This document shows positions 57,162 to 64,000 of a stretch of 64,000 nt of DNA, piece by piece. Under the pieces are notes generated by a model. It saw only the letters and a list, made by a program, of their open reading frames with translations. It was not told the origin of the DNA and searched no databases. Both the position numbers and the translations under genes were made by a program. Each line of letters starts with the position of its first letter. Within the stretch, counting starts at the first letter, position 1. The stretch is from Naegleria gruberi. Taxonomy: Eukaryota. The stretch lies in the NCBI GenBank assembly GCA_000004985.1, contig GG738856.1; one strand, given 5' to 3'.

Positions 57162-59303
57162 TTACATGGAAACTAATTGTTTTCTCAATAGCATTACAAG
57201 GGTTAATGATAAAATAACCATGAATGCACATATACCAAAAAACCAGTACAACGAATCAATGTCCTGACCTGGGACTTTGACATTCATCCCCCAAATGCCT
57301 GACAAGACTGACAATGGACCGAAAATGGAGGCAAAAACTGTTAAACGATTCATAAAGGCATCAGTTTTTTGTGCATTTTGGGCAATTTCAATTTGAACTC
57401 TTGTTAAATAATTAGTATGGGATTGATGAAGTGAATCTCTGGCAATATCCAATCTATCACAACAATAGGTCAAGTGATCCAACACATCTCTCAAATATAA
57501 TTGAATTTCCTTATCAATAAATGGAAGAGGAACTCTGCTCGATACCAAATAGGTTATCATCTTTTGCTTGGGTAAAAGTAATTTTCTCAACACAATAGTT
57601 CTTCTCTTATTGAGAGCAATTCTCCACAATAAATCTTCCTTCTCAGTAGTATTTAGTGAAACAGTAAATTCGTCCAAAGTATCACATTCTCTCGTTAAAC
57701 TGTCAACCTTTGGAATATAGACGTCAATGATGGCATCTAAGTAGGCATAGAAAACCCATGAAGGGCTTGGAATGGTTGTACTTTTTCTTTTACGAACAAC
57801 ATCAGCACTGTCATTCCTTCTTGGTGTTGATTCAGCACGGATCTTTTCAATAATATCTCTCTTTTCTCTAATGGATTTACCATGTTTGAGCTTTTTACGA
57901 TGTTTGGCATCAATTTCAAATTCCTTTTCAATTCTGTTCATGAGTAGATCCATTCCTTCAATTGGCTTATCGTGAACCGTAATGATACAATTTTCAAATA
58001 TCAGTACATTCAAGTGACATGGTAAATAATCATTACTTGCTACCTTATCAGCAATTTGACCTGTAAAAATCATAAACATGTAATTATCGAAAACTTCCCA
58101 CTTTTCACCACTATCATTGTTAATCATATCTTCTGAGGTCAAGGAGTGAATTCCAAAATATTTCTGCAGTGTATGTATATCATCAGCACTGCTTTGTTGA
58201 CAATCAATCCAAAATGATTCTGCATCTTGATTTTCGCCAGTGATGTGATCTAACATGTGTTGGGCTGTGTCAAATCTGTGGCACTCGTATCCCAAACCAA
58301 CAACTATGAATCTCTTTTCTGCCTTTTCAAAACTTGGCATTCCTTTCAATATATCCCTAATATTTCTTCCAATGACATTATCCTTTTCATTTACAGCATT
58401 GGCAAACACATCAGTAGCAGAAGTAGGAGAGCTAGGAGTGGTCAAATCTATACTTGGTCCATTGTTTCCTTCAAAGATATCTGCTTCATCTTTACCGTCT
58501 GTTGACGGAGAGCCAATTGTAGATGGTGTTTCTGAAATACTACTCCTCACATCATCAACAGTTGTTGCATTATGTTGATCCATAATAATTGGTGTTGGTG
58601 CACTCATAAGAAATCCAAAAGCATGCGAAGACATTGGAGAAATCAATGAATGTGGAGTACTGCCACTACTATTCTTCATTTTCAGCTTTCTGTTTTCATC
58701 CAATGAATTAGGATCCACAGATAAATGATTTGGCTTTTTAGAATGTATCTTCTTAGTGTTACTCTGAGTCTTTTTGGATCTTGATTTCCTATCTGGAATT
58801 TTAATCGGTTCTGTTCTCATTACTGATTCATTATTTGTTTCTCCTCCATTATTTGTATTAGTAGATCGATTCTTTCCCTCTTCATCAGTATCAGAATTTG
58901 AAACTCCACTACTTTCATTATCACCAAATGTTACTTTCTTTCCGAATATTTCGGGTGATGAAGATCTTCTCCTTCTTTGTTCATCTCCAAGTGATGTAAT
59001 ATTAACATTATCATTCGATAGCATTGTACCTAGTGTTTCTGATGTATTTGTTGTTGTAGTTGTAGTGGTTGGTTGTGATTCTTGTTCTTCATCGGCAAGG
59101 CTTTCGGATGATGAGGCTACTTCGATTTGAATTTCTACAACCTCCTGGTCGTTAGGATCATTGTTAATAGAAGGACTATCGATGAATACATCATCATCAT
59201 TGGTAGTATTCTCTGGTGGTTGAAGTCTTCCGTTTATATTGTTAGAATTTTGTGATGAGGGTGAAGAGTTTGAGAGAATTTCCTCTTTGTAAAATCGCGA
59301 CAT
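57162..59303 (-). CDS. CorA-family Mg2+ transporter (Alr1/Mnr2-like), 713 aa, with a long S/T/N-rich N-terminal region
   Basis: The C-terminus has two TM helices around the signature GIWGMN (GMN motif): FASIFGPLSVLSGIWGMNVKVPG...FFGICAFMVILSLTLVMLL. Confidence 0.85.
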   Translation of the reverse strand: MSRFYKEEILSNSSPSSQNSNNINGRLQPPENTTNDDDVFIDSPSINNDPNDQEVVEIQIEVASSSESLADEEQESQPTTTTTTTNTSETLGTMLSNDNVNITSLGDEQRRRRSSSPEIFGKKVTFGDNESSGVSNSDTDEEGKNRSTNTNNGGETNNESVMRTEPIKIPDRKSRSKKTQSNTKKIHSKKPNHLSVDPNSLDENRKLKMKNSSGSTPHSLISPMSSHAFGFLMSAPTPIIMDQHNATTVDDVRSSISETPSTIGSPSTDGKDEADIFEGNNGPSIDLTTPSSPTSATDVFANAVNEKDNVIGRNIRDILKGMPSFEKAEKRFIVVGLGYECHRFDTAQHMLDHITGENQDAESFWIDCQQSSADDIHTLQKYFGIHSLTSEDMINNDSGEKWEVFDNYMFMIFTGQIADKVASNDYLPCHLNVLIFENCIITVHDKPIEGMDLLMNRIEKEFEIDAKHRKKLKHGKSIREKRDIIEKIRAESTPRRNDSADVVRKRKSTTIPSPSWVFYAYLDAIIDVYIPKVDSLTRECDTLDEFTVSLNTTEKEDLLWRIALNKRRTIVLRKLLLPKQKMITYLVSSRVPLPFIDKEIQLYLRDVLDHLTYCCDRLDIARDSLHQSHTNYLTRVQIEIAQNAQKTDAFMNRLTVFASIFGPLSVLSGIWGMNVKVPGQDIDSLYWFFGICAFMVILSLTLVMLLRKQLVSM

Positions 59304-59544
59304 TTTTTGATATATAATAATACTAATAATTGTTATTTAAAAAAACAGATTAAACAATTAGTGCAAAAGACCTAATTGAATATTTGCTATTCTTTTTAAG
59401 GTATAAAATATTAAATAATTAATTTGTAATTTTTTTAGAATTTATATTTTAATAATTAAAATCACAAGTTGCTCAGCAACATTCCCTGTGGTTCTTGTGA
59501 CGATGAAAAAGTATTGTTATTGTGTGTAAAAAGCTTGTGAAAAA

Positions 59545-60675
59545 TTAATTCTTATAATTGACATCCATAAAGTAGTCTGCCTTACGTCTCCATCTTGACA
59601 ATGGTTCCAAAGCAGCTTCTTCTAAAATAACAGGTGTCATTCCTAAATCTTCAAATCTCATTACATTTTGTGGCTTTTCCTTTGGAAGAACATGGTCAAA
59701 GCTCATTCTGATTGGCAAGTCAGAAGTCCAACCAGGAGTATGTGTGTATTCGTTAATATAACCAACAAGTTGTCCGACAATTTCAGGTATCATAACCTTA
59801 CCACCTGGCTTTTCATCTATAATTCTAGCAACAGTATCGACAAGTTGAGACCAAGTGAAAACTTCAGGACCAGCCAATTCAACAGTCTTTCCTACAGTTC
59901 TACTATTTAATACAGTTCTGGCAACAGCACGACCAACATCACCAACAAAAACAGGTTGGACTTTAGCTTGACCCTTTTGTGTGAGTGGAATGAGTGGGAA
60001 AATTCTAATTTGTTTAGCAATTAAATTCAAGAAACCATCTTCTGTTCCGTAAGCGTTAGCTGAACGAACAATGGTAGTATTATCAAAATTGCTCAAAGCA
60101 GCTTCTTCAGCCAATCCTTTTTGTTTCCAATATTCGGATTCAGAGTTTTTATCAGCGTTCAACAATGACAATTGAATAAATCTATCAACATTTGTTTCTT
60201 TACAGGCTCTAGAAATAATTTCTGCTGATTCAACATTGGAATTGTAGACTGTAACATTGTCGAAAATTCTCTTATGATCACGACCAATACAGTTAATAAC
60301 AACATTAGAACGAGCACAAATATCGAGTATAGAATCGTATCTCTTCAAGTCAAATCTCATAGCAACAACTTGACCGACGTCTCCCATACTTCTCTGGTTC
60401 ACAATATCGAATTCATTTCTTCTCCAAGGTGTAATAACTTGATAACCAGCATCAGCAAGTGCAGCAACAACATATCTACCAACAAATCCTGTACATCCGA
60501 AAACTGTAGCGACAGGGAAGGTAGTATGGGTGTTAACACCAGCAGCACTTCTGAAAGCGTCAATATCTTGTCTACCAAATCTCTTTGTGATAGTATTTGT
60601 CTTGATATCACTCACTTGATGAAATGATGATGAGACTTTTTTGATAGAATTGGCGAGTCTGCAAGTTTTGTTCAT
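59545..60675 (-). CDS. NDUFA9: NADH dehydrogenase (ubiquinone) 1 alpha subcomplex subunit 9, the complex I 39-kDa subunit, mitochondrial, 376 aa
   Basis: ATVFGCTGFVGRYVVAALADAGYQVITPWRR, MGDVGQVV, NVVINCIGRD, FIQLSLLNAD. Colinear with NDUFA9. Confidence 0.85.
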   Translation of the reverse strand: MNKTCRLANSIKKVSSSFHQVSDIKTNTITKRFGRQDIDAFRSAAGVNTHTTFPVATVFGCTGFVGRYVVAALADAGYQVITPWRRNEFDIVNQRSMGDVGQVVAMRFDLKRYDSILDICARSNVVINCIGRDHKRIFDNVTVYNSNVESAEIISRACKETNVDRFIQLSLLNADKNSESEYWKQKGLAEEAALSNFDNTTIVRSANAYGTEDGFLNLIAKQIRIFPLIPLTQKGQAKVQPVFVGDVGRAVARTVLNSRTVGKTVELAGPEVFTWSQLVDTVARIIDEKPGGKVMIPEIVGQLVGYINEYTHTPGWTSDLPIRMSFDHVLPKEKPQNVMRFEDLGMTPVILEEAALEPLSRWRRKADYFMDVNYKN

Positions 60676-61272
60676 TTTTTAAAAGACTTTAAAAAAATTA
60701 CAAGAAATTATTTTTTAAAAAGATTTAAAAACTACCATGAGAAGCTTATTGTCATCGTGATGAATACATTGATAATTAAATAGTTGATCTTTAATAATCT
60801 TTAATAGTAAAGATAATTCTACTCATCCTTCCGTTCACTCTCCTTTATTTTTCAACATGAATATTATTTGATTGGCTGAAATGCATTTCATCTCTTTTCA
60901 TCCACCTTCACCAATCTCCTTCCGAAATATTTTAAATCAAATCCTCTCTTCCTACACACTAGTAACACAATAACTAATCATCCAATCCAATAATGACAAT
61001 GATTCACTCTCCCAAACATGGTCCTAACATACTATTTTTATAGCCTCAATATTTCCATCCTTAGACTTCCTCAATATGTACAATAGAAAAGAACGCAAAC
61101 ATCTCTCTACCTGCTTAATTCAATAGCTTGGCGAATACTGGAAAGTACTCCACGCACATGATGATGAACATCAATGATGGCAATTTTGACTGTTCCTGAA
61201 CGTTAAAAGTACAAATTTAAAAATCTACAGTTATGCATTAGAGAGAACAAACAACTCTCCAGAGAAAAAAAA

Positions 61273-61995
61273 ATGTACATAGCAACTGGAAGCGGAAGAG
61301 ACTCGTTTATATTCCTTGGTCCTCAGGAAAGGCATGGAAAGTATGGAAAACTCATCAAGAATGTTCATTCAGAACAAAAACAGACAAGAATTAATGAATT
61401 TTGGGATAAGGCAGATAAGAGAGAGGATAAATATACTCTACCATCAGGTAATAGAGAGAAGGAAAATTCGGCAACTACAAGGTTTAAGGTTCAGGGAGCT
61501 CCTTCTGAATTGGACGATAAAAAGTGGTTCTCCACTACCACTAGTGCAAATGGTGGTGTAAAGAATGCTTCCTATAATTCGAGTTCTTTGGCAAGAAAAA
61601 CAGCCCAAGATATAACCCTCTCCGAACCAAGAATTCCAAAATATAGTGGTCATGTACCAGGATTACACAATGTGGTTGGTGCTAGTCCTCACAGCTCAAA
61701 ATTCCAAGAGAGAAGTTATCAATCGATGGACTTTGGAAAGAGCTCTTCTTTGGATGGGTTCAATAATACAGTTTCGTTACCATCTCTTTCCAGATCATCA
61801 ACAGCTAGCTCATCAAACAGGCAACAACCTGAGACTTCATTCAGAGTTTCATCTTCGAGTAGAACTTTTACCAGATTTGTTTCTCCAGTTAGATCGTCCA
61901 TTCAGACACACCATTCTGGTAGCTTTGCTGGTCACGTTCCTTCTTCAGTGTCTGGTTTTTCAAACTATGAATTGTCTACCTCTATGAAATATTAA
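61273..61995 (+). CDS. Hypothetical S-rich protein with repeated S/A-GHVP motifs, 240 aa; possibly a ciliary microtubule-inner-protein-like protein
   Basis: MYIATGSGRDSF..., IPKYSGHVPG, SFAGHVPS. Assignment is by motif resemblance only. Confidence 0.35.
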   Translation: MYIATGSGRDSFIFLGPQERHGKYGKLIKNVHSEQKQTRINEFWDKADKREDKYTLPSGNREKENSATTRFKVQGAPSELDDKKWFSTTTSANGGVKNASYNSSSLARKTAQDITLSEPRIPKYSGHVPGLHNVVGASPHSSKFQERSYQSMDFGKSSSLDGFNNTVSLPSLSRSSTASSSNRQQPETSFRVSSSSRTFTRFVSPVRSSIQTHHSGSFAGHVPSSVSGFSNYELSTSMKY

Positions 61996-62108
61996 TTTAT
62001 TTGACCGTTTGAATGCTATTATCATTAATCTGAATCAATAGAAATATTCATCAAGTCAACCTCAACAAATTAATCACATCAATAAACACGCTTTTTTTCA
62101 GCTCTTCA

Positions 62109-63310
62109 TTAATTGTTATCGTGTGTAATTTGAGTATTCATTTCGTCAATGGTATTTGCGTCCTTTTTTGCTTGGCCTTTTTTACTTGAAGAAACAGAGA
62201 GAATCATTAATTTCATATTACTAACAGCTCTAACTCCTTCATCAGATAAATTGTTCTCACCAATATCAAGATTGGTCAATTTGCTCATCTCACTAACGCA
62301 TTTAGCTCCAATGTCAGAAATATCACAGTTGAAAAGTTCAAGTGTAGTCAATTGTTTCATATCACTAATAAATTTAGCTCCTTCATCACCAAATTGATTC
62401 CAAGCAATGTTAAGGTCAGTTAACTGTTTCATTTCGCTGATTTTTTGAGCTCCAATAGGGTCAATGTTACAACTATTTATATCAAGAATACGTAATTGAT
62501 TCATTCCACTGATATATTCAGATCCTTTGTGACGAATATTATTGTTGCTAATATCGAGATCAGTTAATTGTTTCATTTCAAGAATATGTTTGACACCTTC
62601 ATCACCAATATTATTTTCACCAATATTAAGACGTGTCAATTGTTTCAATTCAGATAAATGTTTTGTTCCAACATCACCAATATTGTTGAAATGAATAGAG
62701 AGTTCAGTTAATTGTTTCAATCCACTAATAAATTTAGCACCTTCTTCTTGAATATTGTTATTGTTAATTTCAAGATTGGTCAATTGTTTCATTTCACTGA
62801 TATATTTAGTCCCTTCTTTACCTAGATTGTTCAATCCAACACTGAGAGTGGTTATTCTTTTCATTTTGCTTATATGATTGGCTCCATTTGCTACAATATC
62901 ATTGCCATGAATATCGAGAATAGTTAAATTATCTAGTTCACTAATATACTTGGCTCCTTCCTCACCAATCCAATTTCTCGAAATATTTAAACTTGTTAAA
63001 TTATGTTTCATTTCTAGAATATCCTGAACTTGTTGTAAATTAATACAACTTTCAACACTGAGAATTCTCAATCCTTTCATCAATCTAAATATTTTACAAT
63101 CAAAATTTTCATCCGGATGAAAAAATTTCTATTCACTTGCAGAGTTTCAATATTTTCCAAAAATTCACCTTTCAATTTCTGGTCATTCTCACAAATAAAT
63201 AAAAGTTTAGATAGTTCCCGCACAACAGCAAACCACTGTTTCGAAACTAATGCACAACTCACCACTGAAAATTTAAACTCATTACAAAAAGATAAAATCT
63301 CCGAAAGCAC
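62109..63310 (-). CDS. Protein with an F-box-like N-terminus and 24-residue LRRs, a paralog of 33851..34867; frame break or micro-intron at about 63080
   Basis: ORF 63080..63310 (LSEILSFCNEF...LVSKQWFAVV) and ORF 62109..63083 (about 12 LRRs, L.QLT.L.I..NNI.DEGAK.IS.MK) are adjacent in different frames. A ttag acceptor sits at the junction. Confidence 0.65.
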
Positions 63311-63519
63311 ATCATTGGAAAATACATCATCCGAAAGTTTCTTTTTTACTAATTCCTCTTTTTCATTATTGATAATTGAAGAATTAATTTTTCCTCCGAA
63401 AGAATTTCAAAATCTTGACGACTTCGTTTGCTCATTTTTTTTTTGTAAAATTCTCAAATGAAATCCTTGTAAGATATCTAGTCTGTTGAATAGATATTTG
63501 TGTTTTACATTGATGTGGG

Positions 63520-64000
63520 TTATTTTTCACTTGCAACATGAACACCAGTCCAATTTTCAGGAGGATTCTGTATGTAATAGTTGCATCTCTCAATCATTGT
63601 TTGAGTGGCCTTATCACCAGCAAACAATTTAGCACATGTATTGAATTCCATGCAAGCTTGTTCAAAGCTTCCAGCAAAATATTGATCCAGAGCTGATTCA
63701 TATTTCTGAATAAAAGCTGCCTTTTCTCCTTTGGCATAAAATGTTGAAGAAAATTCCAAATTTTTAGATTGAAGCTCATAAACAGTGCATCCTACACTCT
63801 TTCCTTTTACACTGACCTTGTCCAACTTTCTCAATGTAAATGTTTCAAATATTTCAGGTTGACCAGCAGTTGACTCACTAATCATCACCTCAGTTCCATA
63901 GACCTTATTTTGTCCTTCCAAACGAGAAGCTAAATTTACAGCATCTCCCATGCATGTATAGTTCAATCTCCAGATACTGCCAATATTTCCAACAACGCAA
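63520..64000 (-). CDS. Class III adenylate/guanylate cyclase catalytic domain, C-terminal part; the gene continues beyond the window end
   Basis: CMGDAVNLASRLEGQNKVYGTEVMISEST matches the CYC-domain signature. The frame is open to position 64000. Confidence 0.75.
   Translation of the reverse strand, partial: CVVGNIGSIWRLNYTCMGDAVNLASRLEGQNKVYGTEVMISESTAGQPEIFETFTLRKLDKVSVKGKSVGCTVYELQSKNLEFSSTFYAKGEKAAFIQKYESALDQYFAGSFEQACMEFNTCAKLFAGDKATQTMIERCNYYIQNPPENWTGVHVASEK

Noticed and set aside
1-64000. Search for CRISPR arrays, restriction-modification or toxin-antitoxin operons, integrons, transposases or other prokaryotic accessory systems
   Set aside because: None found. Gene structure (introns, 5S and tRNA Pol III genes, telomere) is eukaryotic, and no transposase, integrase or terminal-inverted-repeat signature was seen.

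Overview
This window looks like one end of a eukaryotic chromosome from an AT-rich, intron-poor protist that uses the standard genetic code. TAA, TAG and TGA act as stops except for one selenocysteine TGA. Positions 1-477 are a perfect hexamer telomeric array (CCCAAA)n, which is TTTGGG on the G-strand. It abuts a telomere-capped truncated duplicate of the first gene, followed by a 50-N assembly gap. About 37 protein-coding genes follow on both strands. Most are single-exon; a minority carry short introns of roughly 45-95 nt with GTAAGT or GTATGT-like donors, which the six-frame ORF track breaks or misreads. There is a stand-alone 5S rRNA gene and an intron-containing tRNA-like gene, both ending in oligo-T. 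Confident protein identities are: RNA-dependent RNA polymerase with a DLDGD motif, Clp1 and a Grc3/NOL9-like paralog, CHMP1 (ESCRT-III), NDUFA9, a CorA/Alr1 Mg2+ transporter (GMN motif), xylulokinase (FGGY family), a protein-L-isoaspartate O-methyltransferase (PCMT)-domain protein, a prolyl-4-hydroxylase-type 2OG oxygenase, an ENPP phosphodiesterase, a Pumilio/PUM3-like protein and the C-terminus of a class III nucleotidyl cyclase. There are also a GPS/GAIN-motif multi-pass membrane protein and an expanded family of proteins with F-box-like N-termini followed by 24-residue LRRs or Sel1 repeats. I found no prokaryote-style defence island, CRISPR array or mobile element. Seven items deserve a second look. 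The first is a selenoprotein W (SelW)-like gene with an in-frame UGA in a CxxU motif, missed by the ORF track because the motif lies in a short first exon. The second is a bacterial-type YeeE/YedE sulfur-transporter gene embedded among eukaryotic genes, a probable horizontal transfer. The third is a G-alpha homolog with degenerate GTPase motifs and a C-terminal F-box-like extension. The fourth is a GC-rich non-coding island at about 45440-45740 that may be a structured ncRNA. The fifth is the telomere joined directly to an internal gene fragment. The sixth is a pair of Clp1-family kinases. The seventh is a tRNA-like gene whose anticodon arm I could not fold canonically. By-eye base coordinates of exon junctions may be off by a base or two.
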